The notes under the pieces were generated by a model, which was not told the origin of the DNA, made no database searches, and worked only from the letters and a program-made list of their open reading frames with translations. This document shows positions 1 through 10,900 of a stretch of DNA of 64,000 nt, piece after piece. The stretch's first letter is position 1; each line of letters opens with the position of its first letter. A program made the position numbers and the translations under genes. Origin of the DNA: Vulcanimicrobiota bacterium (GTDB lineage: Bacteria; Vulcanimicrobiota; Vulcanimicrobiia; Vulcanimicrobiales; Vulcanimicrobiaceae); NCBI GenBank assembly GCA_963812155.1, contig CAWETW010000003.1:288001-352000 (forward strand). The letters are read 5' to 3'.

Positions 1-804
1 AAATATCGGCCAGCCGATTTCCGTCAGGAGCTGACTCTCGTCGCCGGCGTCGTCATCGGTAATGACGTAATTCTCGCGGATCGGCCCCGAAACCGCGATT
101 GCGTGCTCGACGACGTGCGTTCCGAGCGATGCGTAGGTGCGATCCGCTTCGCGTAAAGCCCCGCGATGCACCGCAATGGCGAGCTCGACCGCGGGCAATT
201 CACAAACGAGCACATTCCCGGCCGGAGCTAATGAGCCAGCGAAGGGAACGAACACAGTTACCTCGCCGACTTCGTCAGTAAAAAGCTCCGTCGGATAAAG
301 GCCGCCCTGCGGTCCTGCCGGCAAAACGCCCTGCACACGCAGCAAATGGCGGATCTCCTTGAACGATTCGGACCACCATGGCTCAATGTCGGGAAGACGA
401 ACGAGCTTAGTGATCGCCGCGACGGCAAGAGCTGGAAGCGATCGATACTCGACCGCGATCGGAGCGGGATTTCCGTCGAGCAGCGAACGAAGTGACGCCA
501 CGACTGCTTGGGTGCGTTCAAGTGCCGATTCCATTCGTTTGAGATGCTCGACGACTAACGCGTTCCTCTGGTCTACGTCAGTCGCGGCGAGAACCGCCTT
601 GACGTGCTCCACGGGCATCTCGAGTTCACGAAATCGGCGAATAACCTGTGCTAAGGCCACCTGGCTCAGGTCGTACGATCGGTAGCCGGTGCTGGAATCG
701 ACCTCTGAGGGCTCTAATAAGCCTAGCTCGTGATAGTGACGCAGAGCCTTCACGCTGAGGTGCGTCATCCTGGAAAAATCCCCGATCGATAGCCTGGCTG
801 CCAT
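1..804 (-). CDS. MerR-family transcriptional regulator with C-terminal GyrI-like ligand-binding domain (BmrR-like); 3' end runs off the window
   Basis: Not in the ORF track because there is no stop in the window. Manual translation from ATG 804 gives MAARLSIGDFSRMTHLSVKALRHYHELGLLEPSEVDSSTGYRSYD (MerR HTH), ending AIAVHRG...GPIRENY...TEIGWPIF (GyrI-like). Confidence 0.93.
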   Translation of the reverse strand, partial: MAARLSIGDFSRMTHLSVKALRHYHELGLLEPSEVDSSTGYRSYDLSQVALAQVIRRFRELEMPVEHVKAVLAATDVDQRNALVVEHLKRMESALERTQAVVASLRSLLDGNPAPIAVEYRSLPALAVAAITKLVRLPDIEPWWSESFKEIRHLLRVQGVLPAGPQGGLYPTELFTDEVGEVTVFVPFAGSLAPAGNVLVCELPAVELAIAVHRGALREADRTYASLGTHVVEHAIAVSGPIRENYVITDDDAGDESQLLTEIGWPIF

Positions 805-810
805 GGCTGT

Positions 811-841
811 ATTCTGAAACCTCCCCCATGGGGAGAGTCAA
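811..841 (-). promoter_or_regulatory. MerR-type promoter/operator: TTGACT, 19-bp spacer with CTCCCC-ATG-GGGGAG palindrome, CAGAAT
   Basis: Minus strand reads TTGACT CTCCCCATGGGGGAGGTTT CAGAAT acagcc ATG. A 19-bp spacer with a dyad is the MerR hallmark. Confidence 0.85.
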
Positions 842-880
842 GCCCTGGGGATGATCTCGTCCAATCGGGCGTGACGTGCT

Positions 881-1610
881 TTACACTGGATTCTGATAAG
901 TTTTGCGCCAGTTGTCGACGTTGAATCCAAAGACGATCATATAGATGCTGATCGAAAGCTCCGCCACGAGCGACGGCACCAAAATCAAGGGAAACAGATA
1001 ATCCTGGATCGCCGGCGCTACGAACAGACCGTAACTGTTGAGCGCGTAGCAGACTCCGCCAATCGCGGCCAACACGCCAATCCACTTCGGAAAGTAGCCG
1101 GAGCGCACCATGAGCGACCCCGTGAGGATCAGCCATACGCCGAAGAAAAGCAACCCCGCCCCAAAACCGTATTCATGCAGACGTAGAGCGAACGCTGCGA
1201 CCGCTTCGCGTTGATGCAGGTCGAACGCTTGAAGATAGCCGAGTCCCTGCGAAAAGAACAGCGCGGTGAAGTTGCACAACACGGCGTTGACGTGCCTCGA
1301 TCGCCGTGTCCATGACGTTGAACAAGAGTGCCATGAGAGCGATCGTCGGGTCGACCGAGCGGAACAAGACGTAAAATACGGTCATCGTCACGATCGAAAA
1401 GAGCCACATCGTCACCTCGCCGCCAAAGCCTAGGCGCCACAGCCAATCGAGCGTCGCCATGTTGTGAGCCGTTGCAGCGGGGTCTCCGGAAACGATGATT
1501 CTTCCGCGAACGAATATCTCGACGCAGAAGCCAACGACGATGATGAAGAGATATAGCCACCCGGCCACCCGGGCGTAAACGGGCAAGAGGGAATCGGAGC
1601 GCAGCTCCAT
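881..1610 (-). CDS. DUF4386-like membrane protein, split by one frameshift near 1290
   Basis: ORF 1173-1610 (ARVAGWLYL...SGDPAATAHN) joins ORF 881-1282 (GLLFFGVWLILTGSLMVRSGYFPKWIG) into one multi-TM protein. Confidence 0.75.
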
Positions 1611-1774
1611 GTTAGATCTACGGCTCGAGCGGTGGTTTGTTTCTCACGGCGGCCGTCGGCGCGCGTCCGGCGCGGCAAGAGCGACCGCGGAGCTACGGCT
1701 TTCAACGGTCATCGATTCGCCGTTGCATGCGGGTGTAGCAGCAGCAATTGCACACGCATGAAAGGATTACAAAC

Positions 1775-2289
1775 GTGCGACTTAAGCTACTTCTTGGTAC
1801 GACTATGATCGCTGCAAGCGTCGGTCTTGCGGCATGTTCCTCCGGCGGCTCCCAGGCACTGCCCGGTGGTTCGCAGGCGCGCCGCCGCCCAGCACGCCGC
1901 CGCTCGGGCGGCCACACCAGCGGCATTTGATTGCCGTCGGCGTTCATCGCGACGCAGCTTGTCCCGCTACTGACTTTGCCTGTATAACCGTCGACTCGGT
2001 CAACGGCGGATCGCAAGGAATTTGTGCGGATGATGGAATGGGGAACTGTCTGTCAGACACCACGTTTGTCTGGACGAGTACGTTCCAAAGAACAAAAACT
2101 GGTAGACCTATCGTAAAGAATCTTAGTGCCTCGTTTGACCCGAATCCGGGCAATCCGGTGACGGATACAGTTGTCGAAACCCGACCGCTGCCCTCCAGCC
2201 ACGGCAACTATTCACGAACCCAGGTTATCACGGCTTGTTCGGATACCTCAGGCTGCCAGAGCGGCAATCTCGGGATTGCGACCCAGTAG
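1775..2289 (+). CDS. Cys-containing secreted lipoprotein, frameshift near 1875
   Basis: RBS AAAGGA, GTG at 1775 and signal peptide with lipobox LAAC. The mature part continues in ORF 1834-2289. Confidence 0.6.
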
Positions 2290-2319
2290 GAAAGCCTACA
2301 CTCGAAACGCTTCGGACGG

Positions 2320-2350
2320 AAGAGGCTCGGCTATGCCGAGCCTCTTTTTT
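2320..2350 (+). terminator. Rho-independent terminator
   Basis: AAGAGGCTCGGC-TAT-GCCGAGCCTCTT hairpin running into a T tract. Confidence 0.85.
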
Positions 2351-2360
2351 GTCGGCGGAA

Positions 2361-3269
2361 TTAGAACGGCCCCGGCGCCGCCGCTACGCCGGAGGGCGTG
2401 TTGTCATTCGTTAAGCCGGTGGTAATTTCTTGGACGACGTTGCCGCTTGCGATGTCGATTTCGTAGAGGGCGGCACTCCCCGGGTCGTCCACCCACAGAT
2501 CGCGGAAGTCGTGCGAAAAGTTGATATAGACCGGATCCCGGAATTCGTCGTAGACGATGCCGCATTGGCTCGTGCCCTTGCAGCGATAGACACCGGGGTT
2601 TTGCGTTGAAACGCTGGTGTACCAAAGATTCCCCTGGCCGTCGAATGCTAGGCCGTTGGGCGAACCTTCCGTGATAGGCACAACAACCGGTTTGCCCTTG
2701 CAGGCGACAAATTCGTCCACCTGCGCGTGCAGTTGCTCGTTCGTGAAACTCCAAAAGCAGTTGCCGCTCGGATCGAACGCGACACCGCTGCCTTGAAACA
2801 CGTTTGGATCTTTGAGTGTGCGGCTAGGTTTGGTCGCGCCCGAGCCAAAGACGGTCACGTTGTGCAGGTTCGACGCCGCGACGGTCTGCCCGAAGACCGC
2901 AACGTCGAGCGGTACGTTGCCGCCGTCATCGAGCGTGCGCAAAAGCGTGCGGCCCGCGGCGCATAAACGAGGACGTTCTTGGCACCCTCATTGGCTACGT
3001 AGAGAAGTCCGTCACTACCGGCGGCCACACCCTGCGGGTCCACCAACTCCTTTTTCTTCGTGCGCACGAGATGGCCGGTTTGGTCATACACCAAGCACGC
3101 GTAGGACGTCGCGTTGTGACAGGTAAACACGAACGGCCGCCGCGCTGCTGCGGTTTCGCGTCCTCCGCTTGAGGCCGGCAAGCTGCGACGGCGGCATCGC
3201 TCCGGTTCGCACTCCCGAGCCGCAACCGGCGACGATCGCGACGGCCAACAGTACCGCAAAACGTTTCAT
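2361..3269 (-). CDS. NHL/beta-propeller lipoprotein, two frameshifts (about 3140 and 2955)
   Basis: MKRFAVLLAVAIVAGC lipobox. Blade motifs PQGVAAGSDGLLYVAN, GSGVAFDPSGN and PNGLAFDGQGNLW lie in three consecutive ORFs. Confidence 0.75.
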
Positions 3270-3290
3270 ACTCCATTCCTCATTCGACCG

Positions 3291-3467
3291 TTAGTTGACG
3301 CTAAACCACACACGCCAGGGCTCGTGCGCTCCGCAATCGGTATCCTGCGAATACATCGGCAACAGAAAGAGCGACGCGCAAAGACGGCACCACAGGAATC
3401 GTGCGCCGTCGGCGAACTTGCGAGCCTCGGCGCTATCGGGTTTTACGTAGTCGTCGTCGTCGAGCAT
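3291..3467 (-). CDS. Small hypothetical protein with CxxC...CxxH motif
   Basis: MLDDDDYVKP...WCRLC...DCGAHEPW. The start may instead be TTG 3494. Confidence 0.45.
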   Translation of the reverse strand: MLDDDDYVKPDSAEARKFADGARFLWCRLCASLFLLPMYSQDTDCGAHEPWRVWFSVN

Positions 3468-3739
3468 AAGGCTATAGGATAGCACCCGTGTCAAGCGTTA
3501 CCGCGCCAGCGCTTAATTCGTAAAGGCAGCGCATCTATCGCTGATCGCCGCGCCGAGCGTCACGAGATGGGATGGTGACGGCGACCGTGGCTTTTCCTCA
3601 GGAGATGTTAAGGCTGCCGTCGGCCCTTTCGGTGCCTGGCGCATGCTTCCTTGAAGGCTCGTAACGCACTCGGAAGAAAACGAGGCCTCGATCGCGACCT
3701 CATTTCTTTGAGCAGTCATTCAGGAGGAACAGGGTCAGT

Positions 3740-5302
3740 TTGCTGAGCCGAAGCCGGTTTCTGAAGTCGGGCGCTTCGGCTGCGGCGTTGGCGACGGTGG
3801 GCGCTTCGCTGCCGGGATGCTCCGTCGCCGGAGCGCCGTCGCCGAGCACCTCGTCTCTCAACGAGTTACGTTCTGCGATTCAGGGGCGCGTCATCACGCC
3901 GGCCGACGCGGCCTATGGCATCGCAAGTCAACCTTGGAACGCACGCTTTGCCGGCGTTCTTCCCGTTGCGGTAATCCTCGTCGCATCTGCCGACGACGTA
4001 GCGCAAACCATCAAGTTCGCGCGAGCACACCGGTTCGGTTTTGCGATGCGCAACGGCCGCCACAGTTTTGCCGGGTTCTCCGCGAACGCCGGGCTGATCG
4101 TCGACGTTTCGAATCTCGTTAACGTTCGGGTGGATCGCGCGGCAGAACGAGCGACGTTCGGTGCGGGCCTGACCAATTTGCCGCTGTACACGAAGTTGTG
4201 GCCGGCGCGCATGACGGTGCCGGCGGGAACGTGCCCAACCGTCGGGCTCACCGGACTGAGCGCTGCGGGTGGGTTCGGCCGGCTGTCACGCCTGTACGGC
4301 CTGACGTGCGATAATATTCTCGAACTAAAACTCGTGACCGCCGCCGGCGAGGTCGTGACGGCCAGTCAACATGAAAACCCCGATCTATTGTGGGCGTGTA
4401 AGGGCGGCGGCGGCGGAAACTTCGGCGCGGTCGTCGAGTTGACGGCCCGGCTTCACCCGGTCGACATGCTCTTCACCGAGATCGTTTACACGTTCCCAAT
4501 CGCAAGTGCGGTTCGAGTCATGACGGCGTTTCAGGAATGGGTCGCCGGCCTGCCCGATCGCGGTCATTGTTGGACCGAAATCCGCACCGGCGACCCGAAA
4601 GATGGCGCCGCGGTCCTCGTCGAGTTTACGTTTGCCGGTCCGGAAAGCCGGGCACGCGCACTGGGCGAAACGCTCGTTCGCGCTGCCGGCGTCCGTCCCA
4701 GTTCGTCGTCGATTGCAACCGCGCCGTATTTATCGAGCATGCGAGACTATATCTGCGCAGGCTTGCGACCCGACGAATGCGCGTATACCGGAGTGTCATC
4801 GCACGGAGTGCTGCCGCGTCCCGCTTTTTACGCCAAATCCGATCTCATACGGACGACGTGGCCGGCGGAAGCCTTTGAAGCACTCGTCGAGGCGATCGAG
4901 CGGCGACAAGCCGACCCGGTGATGACGCCAAAGGATTATATCGGCGGCATCAATATCGGAAAGTTTGCCTTCGAAACGGCCGGCGGGGCGATTGCGCGTC
5001 CGCCCGCGATACCGGGAGCCTTCGCGCATCGCGACATTCGCTACGTCGTGCAGTATCAGTCGCGCTGGCGTCCCTTTGCGACCGACGCGGTCGCAAACGT
5101 GAATATCGCTTGGACGAATGCCGCATACGAGTCGGTTCGCCCGTGGCTTTCGGGCAGTGCGTATCAAGGATACGCCGATTCCGGCCTTCCCGATTGGCAA
5201 CGGCAATATTACGGTGCGAGCCTGCAGCGATTACGAACGATAAAACGAAAATACGATCCGGACAACGTCTTCCGTTATCCGCAATCCATTCCGCCGGCGT
5301 AG
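3740..5302 (+). CDS. FAD-linked oxidase of the berberine-bridge-enzyme (VAO/BBE) family, probable Tat-exported lipoprotein
   Basis: SRSRFLK Tat-like motif and LPGC. RNGRHS (His-FAD), AGTCPTVG (Cys-FAD), GGGGGNFG and C-terminal KRKYDPDNVF. RBS AGGAGG upstream. Confidence 0.92.
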   Translation: MLSRSRFLKSGASAAALATVGASLPGCSVAGAPSPSTSSLNELRSAIQGRVITPADAAYGIASQPWNARFAGVLPVAVILVASADDVAQTIKFARAHRFGFAMRNGRHSFAGFSANAGLIVDVSNLVNVRVDRAAERATFGAGLTNLPLYTKLWPARMTVPAGTCPTVGLTGLSAAGGFGRLSRLYGLTCDNILELKLVTAAGEVVTASQHENPDLLWACKGGGGGNFGAVVELTARLHPVDMLFTEIVYTFPIASAVRVMTAFQEWVAGLPDRGHCWTEIRTGDPKDGAAVLVEFTFAGPESRARALGETLVRAAGVRPSSSSIATAPYLSSMRDYICAGLRPDECAYTGVSSHGVLPRPAFYAKSDLIRTTWPAEAFEALVEAIERRQADPVMTPKDYIGGINIGKFAFETAGGAIARPPAIPGAFAHRDIRYVVQYQSRWRPFATDAVANVNIAWTNAAYESVRPWLSGSAYQGYADSGLPDWQRQYYGASLQRLRTIKRKYDPDNVFRYPQSIPPA

Positions 5303-5332
5303 CGTACCGTGCCGCTTCGCGCGGTAAAGAGC

Positions 5333-5368
5333 CGGAAGGCTCGCGACCTCGCGAGCCTTCCGTTTCTT
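5333..5368. terminator. Hairpin terminator between convergent genes
   Basis: CGGAAGGCTCGCG-ACCT-CGCGAGCCTTCCG followed by TTTCTT. Confidence 0.75.
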
Positions 5369-5371
5369 CAC

Positions 5372-7642
5372 TCAATTGTCGTTCGGACAGCCATTCGATG
5401 GCGTGGTGGCCGGCAGCAGGTTGAAGGTCGTTACGACGCTCGGGGGCGAGCCGAAGGGTTGGAAGCGCCAATAGCAGGTGCCCGAATTGTGCGGAGAGCC
5501 AAAATTGCCCGAGTTAAACAACGTCACCGACTGACTTGTTACGGGATTCGATAGCGTGACGCTCATTGCCTGAAGGTCCCAGTTATCGTTCGTTTCGAGC
5601 CCGTTATTGTGGTTGGTCAGCGTCAGCGTCATCGTGCCGTTGCCGCTGCGTATCCAGTTCGCGAAGCGGTTGGTGTAGGTGAGCGTTTGCGTCGACCAAC
5701 TGGGCCAGCCTTGGACGGCGTTGACGTCGCCGTAGAGGTTCCCGGTGCAAAGACCCGACGGCTTGCCGTTGTTGGAGCGCATGAGGCAGAACGGCTTGAG
5801 GTTCGAAACGCCTTTGAAGGAGACTTGCAGATCGGAATCGTTCCGCAAATCGTCGCTTCCGGTAAACACTACGAACTGCAGCTGCGTGAAATTCGTGGCC
5901 TGGCTCGGATTGAGCGCGGTGATGAGGCCGGCTTGCGGACTGCCCCAGCCCGTGACCAAATCGTAGCCGGGCAGCGCGCTGAACGCGTTGTTATTGCCCG
6001 AAGTAATGTCGTGAAAGTCGGCGGCGTAGGGTCCGGCTTTTTGTGCGATCGTGTAGATCGGCGGATCCGGAAACCCGAGCAGTGGGTTGCCCATGCTGAC
6101 CGCCAGTTGATTGACCAACGATGTGTAGGCGGCCCACAGCGGCGACGAAATGCTCGTACCGTTCGCCACGAGAGCCTGTCCCTCGTTGGCGATCAAGAAC
6201 ACGTTGTCCGCGACCATCGCGACGTCGGGGACCATGCGCCTATGCGTCGTCGAACCTCGCGCAAGCTTGACGCCGTGCTGAAACGGCGGCTCGTACTGTG
6301 TTTTCTCGACGCCGCCGCCGCTGCCGGACCAGGCTGTTTCCGACTGCCACCGCGAATCCGCGTTCAGCGTGAGTTCGGTGCCGCCGACGACGACCGTATT
6401 CGACATGTCGCGATCGTCCTTCGTATCTTTCAAGAAACCGCCGCCGTCTCCCGACGAGACGAAAAAGCTCTGCCCTTGCAACGCCAGCTGGTCCACCAGC
6501 TGCTGCGACGTCGGGTCGACGCCGAAGGTCCACGACACGCTGAACTGGCTGCACGGACTCGACGTCATGGCGGAAAGAATCGAATCCGTCAAGCTGCCTT
6601 CAAAGACGAAGATGTTGCTCACGCTCGACGCCATCGCTTGAGCAACCTCGATGTCGAGCGCGGTCTCCACTTCGCCGGTGCCGACCACCGGCTGACCGTT
6701 ATAACCGTCCAGTAGAATCGGTTGCGGCGGAAGCTGCGGCAGGCCGAATTCCGTCTGATACGCGCTAATGTCGGAGGGGAAGAAGCTCGAATCGAACTCC
6801 GCCAGTCCGATGCATTGGCCGGAGCCGTGTTGCGATGCGTTCGTGGCGTAGGCATTGTGGAAATCCGAACCGGCAAACGTTCCGCCGGGGCCGGACGAGT
6901 TCGGCCGAACGCGCTGGTGCGTTCGAAGGTTTCCAATAGGCACGATCGATGCGATTGCCGGTTTGGGAACGTCTTCGTTGTCGAGGCCCGCAACGTGCAA
7001 GATCGGCGTTCGTAACGCGAGCGCCGGCTCGTTGCTCGGCGCAAAAAACAGCGATCCGTCCGGTCGCCGGCGCGTCTGCAGTGTGAGATGGAACGCCCGC
7101 TGGATCGCCGCGACGCTTCCGTCGACATCGATCACTATGCGATTTTGGTACGTCCGCGTGACCGTGAGACCCGCGCCCCGCACGAAAGCGACGACGGATT
7201 GATAGTCGCCGGAGCTCGGGCTGAACTTGGCTTGAAACTCGGCCGGAGTCAAGAAACGGCGGTAGTTTCCGCTTCGCGGATCGGCAACGCCCTGGAGCAG
7301 CGTGCCGGCCGCGGCCCGATCGCGCACTGGTAAACCGATTGCAAGGTGCAGTTGTTGCCGTAACGGCAGCGTTCCGACCAGCGGTGCACTCAGCATCTCG
7401 GGCCGGATGTGTCCGCGCACGATCTGCACGCCGCGCTGCAAAGGCCGATATCGAACGGAGCTCGATTGTACCGAACCCACTTGAATCTGCGACTCTTGCG
7501 CAGCCGGCTGTGCCGGTTCCGGGACCGCATTGAGATGGCTTCCGCTGCAGCCGGCAAACGTGCCGGCGGCGACCAATGCGAAGGCCGCCGTAAATCGAAG
7601 GCCGGCGCGCCGGCGGGCGGCGCCTATCCTGCTTCGTTCCAT
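5372..7642 (-). CDS. S53 serine-carboxyl protease (sedolisin/kumamolisin type) with pro-domain and extra C-terminal domain; lipoprotein
   Basis: Lipobox FAGC, pro-domain YRRFLTPAEF, catalytic ETALD, SSGD, GTSISSP and Ca-site GYDLVTGWGSP. ATG 7642 has RBS AAGGAG; alternative start 7663. Confidence 0.93.
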   Translation of the reverse strand: MERSRIGAARRRAGLRFTAAFALVAAGTFAGCSGSHLNAVPEPAQPAAQESQIQVGSVQSSSVRYRPLQRGVQIVRGHIRPEMLSAPLVGTLPLRQQLHLAIGLPVRDRAAAGTLLQGVADPRSGNYRRFLTPAEFQAKFSPSSGDYQSVVAFVRGAGLTVTRTYQNRIVIDVDGSVAAIQRAFHLTLQTRRRPDGSLFFAPSNEPALALRTPILHVAGLDNEDVPKPAIASIVPIGNLRTHQRVRPNSSGPGGTFAGSDFHNAYATNASQHGSGQCIGLAEFDSSFFPSDISAYQTEFGLPQLPPQPILLDGYNGQPVVGTGEVETALDIEVAQAMASSVSNIFVFEGSLTDSILSAMTSSPCSQFSVSWTFGVDPTSQQLVDQLALQGQSFFVSSGDGGGFLKDTKDDRDMSNTVVVGGTELTLNADSRWQSETAWSGSGGGVEKTQYEPPFQHGVKLARGSTTHRRMVPDVAMVADNVFLIANEGQALVANGTSISSPLWAAYTSLVNQLAVSMGNPLLGFPDPPIYTIAQKAGPYAADFHDITSGNNNAFSALPGYDLVTGWGSPQAGLITALNPSQATNFTQLQFVVFTGSDDLRNDSDLQVSFKGVSNLKPFCLMRSNNGKPSGLCTGNLYGDVNAVQGWPSWSTQTLTYTNRFANWIRSGNGTMTLTLTNHNNGLETNDNWDLQAMSVTLSNPVTSQSVTLFNSGNFGSPHNSGTCYWRFQPFGSPPSVVTTFNLLPATTPSNGCPNDN

Positions 7643-7693
7643 AGGTTGCTCCTTGTGCTCCATCGGTTACACCCGCTCTGCGGGAATGGTGCT

Positions 7694-7763
7694 ACGATAG
7701 CGGATCGAACGTCTCAAAACCGTCTCGGCGTGAGACGCAGTCGAGACGGAGCGCGGCTACCAT
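7694..7763. promoter_or_regulatory. Divergent promoter with four 11-bp-phased hexamer boxes (CGTCTC x2, GAGACG x2)
   Basis: Boxes start at 7710, 7721, 7732 and 7743. -10-like TACCAT at 7758-7763 (+) and TATCGT at 7699-7694 (-) lie 9-10 bp beyond the outer boxes. Confidence 0.7.
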
Positions 7764-7769
7764 GGGTGC

Positions 7770-7967
7770 ATGCGATACCGGCCGGCGCGAGTCGAACGCC
7801 TTTTCGTCGTACGCATTTGGCGCGAGGAGGGCGCCGTGCCGCGAACGTTCCGGGGCAGCGTCCACGACGTCGAGGAGGGGCGGCGGCTCGGATTCGCGAC
7901 GCTCGGAGAGCTCGAGGACGTGCTACTGCGCCAGCTGCGACTTGGAGTCGCCGGCGAAGGCCCGTAA
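7770..7967 (+). CDS. 65-aa small protein (FVVRIWRE...FRGSVHDV...F motif), convergently overlapping the BTAD regulator
   Basis: Compact beta-rich-looking ORF with a -10 element 6 nt before its ATG. It resembles small proteins I recall beside BTAD/AAA regulators (recall, not searched). Confidence 0.7.
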   Translation: MRYRPARVERLFVVRIWREEGAVPRTFRGSVHDVEEGRRLGFATLGELEDVLLRQLRLGVAGEGP

Positions 7968-10900
7968 GAGTTGGACGTTGCCGGAAATGGCCGCGAACGC
8001 GGCACGGTCGGCGTCGGCTCGAAGCATTTTATCTTGGGTAACGAACTGCTCGTGCGCGCGCCGCAGCGCCGCGCGATACTCCTGCGTGCGCCCAATCGCT
8101 GCAAACGCTTGGGCGACCGTCCAGAATGCCGAGGGCGGGATCGCCGTGGGGCATGCCTCGAGCCGTTGGAGTGCATCGCTCGCTAACGCCGCCGCGCGGA
8201 GGTCTCCGCCGAGCGCGCATGCGTGCGCGAACGCTGCGCTCACACGGGACGCCGAATCGGCCGCGCCGATTCGCAGTAGCTGCGCGTGGGCGCGCTCGAA
8301 CGCCTCGATGGCCTCCGCGGCGCGGCACAGGGCAACGAGCGCGACGCCGGCGCATCGCCATGCTTCCCCCTCGAGCAAAGCGTCCTGTCGCGCAGCCGCG
8401 TGCGCTGCGAGCGCGCGAGCACCCTCCAGCGCCGCGTCGTATTGAAAGCGTCGCAACGCGGCGTCGCATCGCAGCAGGTCGAGGCACTCACGTTGCGATG
8501 CCGCATCCGATTGGCCGACGAGTTCGTCCATTGCCGCCAGGGCGGCGTCCACGCGGTCGAGCCTTCCGACGTCGAGCTCCAGCGTCGCGAGGTTATTATA
8601 CGCGACCGCCGCGCCGTTCAGGTCGGTGTCGCGGTAGAGCTCGATGGCCTGCTTCAAATGGCGTCGTGCCTCGGCGACGCGAAAAAAGTGAACGAACGCT
8701 CCGCCGACCATCGCGTGAGCGCCGGCTGCGACTTCGCGATCGGAAACGCGCTCGGCTAGTTCGAAGAGTCCCGGCGCGGCGCGCACGACCTTCCCATACT
8801 CTTGTGCGAGCGTGTAAACCGTCATTTCGGTGTATGCGACGCGCATGCGCAGCAACGGCGATCCGTCGCGATCCGCCGTTTCGCTCGCTCGTGCTAAGCA
8901 CGCTCGTGCCTCCTCACTCCGGCCGAGCGTGGCTGCAACGTGCGCCTGTAACGTTAGCGTCGACACGAGCACGCGAGAATCCGCGGCCTCGACGGCTCGC
9001 GCCGTCGCGCAGGCGACGATATCGTAGGCTTGCTCTCGCGAGCCGGCGTCGACCAGCAGCACCGCATCGTCGCGCAGAGCGACGGCTTCCCAGAAGGGAT
9101 CGCCCGCAGCCAGCCGCTTCAACTCCTCTACCGCAGTGCGCGCCTGTGGGTACTCGCCGAAATAGCGGTGCAAGCTTTCGCGCCGGCGACAGGCTTCCAA
9201 CATGCACCCACGTTCGCCCAACGCGGCGGCGAGAGCGGTTAACTCGTCCAGAACGATTCGCTGCGTCGCGCGGTCGCCGACGCGCTCGCAAACTTCTTCG
9301 CGCAGCGCGAGGAGATCGAACCGCAATACGCCGCCGCCGCCGGCCAATTCGAGACCGCGCGCCGCAAATGCGAGTGACTCGTCGTTGGCGAAGACGCCTG
9401 CCGCCGCACGCGCCGCGCGGAGATAGTGCTCCGCGGCTTCTTCGGGCTCGCCTCCCAGGTCGAAGTGACGAGCGACGAAAGCGCTCAGGTCGTCCATACG
9501 CGACGCGTACCAATGCGACGCAGCTCGAGCGGTGCGTCGATGCCAGCGCCGCCGCTGGGCATCGTCGAGTCCTTCGTACACCGCGGTCGCGACGAGTTCG
9601 TGCGCAAACTCGAACCCGAAACCGGCGCTCGGCGTTTCTCTGATCGCGCGGCGCGCGACGAGGTCGTCGGCAGCGTGCGCCAGCTGCGCTTCGTTCCATC
9701 CGATGATTTCGCCGACGATCTCGAGGTCGAAGGCCGTGCCCACAACGGATGCGGCATCGAGGAGAAAGCGCGACGCCGTCGTTAGGTGAGTGAGCCTTTC
9801 GGCGATGACGTCGTGCAAGCGTGCCGAGATCGGCGCATCGCTCCGACCGGTCTCGACGCGTGCGTTGAGCAGCTCCGTGAGAAAGAGCGGATGGCCGGCA
9901 GCGGTCGAGACCAGACGTTCCACGTGCGCGTCGCGCGCGGCGAGCAGCTTGGAATCCTTGACGATGGCGACGGCGGCTTCGCCAGAGATCGGCCCGAGTG
10001 AAATAACCAACGGCTTTGCACCGCGGAGCGGTCGCCGCAGGCGTCCGATATCGGCGGCGGGCAGCGCATCGCTGCTGCGCGTGACGGCGACGATCAAGAT
10101 CGGCGATGCCGAGCATGCTTCCTTGAGATACTCCACCATCGCGAGCGTGGCCGGTCCGGCATGGTGCAGGTCTTCGAAAACGATCAACGCGGGACGCTCG
10201 TTCGCGAGCGCGCGCAGCACGGTTGCCGCTGCGTCGAACACCTTCACCCGTTGACCGGAACTCGGCACGGTTTCGGAACGTTCCGTGCCGGCAATTTCGG
10301 GAAGCAGCAGCGCAAGTAACGCGCGCTGCGTCGTTTCGAGGCAGGATGGATCGACGAAGCCCAACGCGGCGCGCAGCACCTCGGTGACGGCCTGGTAAGG
10401 TGCGCGTTCCGGATACGACATCGAGCCCCAGAGAACGCGGCCGCGCCCTTCCAACCGCAGCGCAAACTCGGATGCCAAACGCGTCTTGCCGATTCCGGAC
10501 TCCCCGATGACGAGTGCAAAACCGCCGGCACCGCGCAGCGCCCGTTCCCACGCGTCCTCGAGCTTCGCCATTTCCGCATCGCGGCCACCGAAGGGCAGTT
10601 CGCGCGGCGCGGCTCGGTGCTCCGGCGTCGCGGTTCGCAGGGGAACCGTCGGCAACGTATCGCCGCGTTCGATCGCCCGCCGAAGGGCAATCGTTTCGGG
10701 CATGAGCGACACGCCCATCTCGCGTTGGAGCTCCCGTTCGAACTGCATGCAGGCTTGCAGCGCGGAACTGCGGTCGCCGGCGTCGCAGTACGCCGCCATC
10801 AACGCGCGCAGCGCGTCTTCCCGCCACGGATCGTCGTCCAATATTTTTCGCAGATACCGTTCCGCGCTTGCCGAGTCTCGGCGGCTGCGCGCTTGCAGCG

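Noticed and set aside
3510..3720. Possible riboswitch (CACCGAAAGGG on the minus strand) or 68-aa ORF upstream of the BBE oxidase
   Set aside because: The glycine and c-di-GMP consensus elements are incomplete, and the ORF has no recognisable features.
7710..7748. CGTCTC/GAGACG are BsmBI (Esp3I) sites, suggesting a Golden Gate cloning scar
   Set aside because: There is no vector or synthetic sequence nearby, and the exact 11-bp phasing with flanking -10 elements fits a natural operator better.
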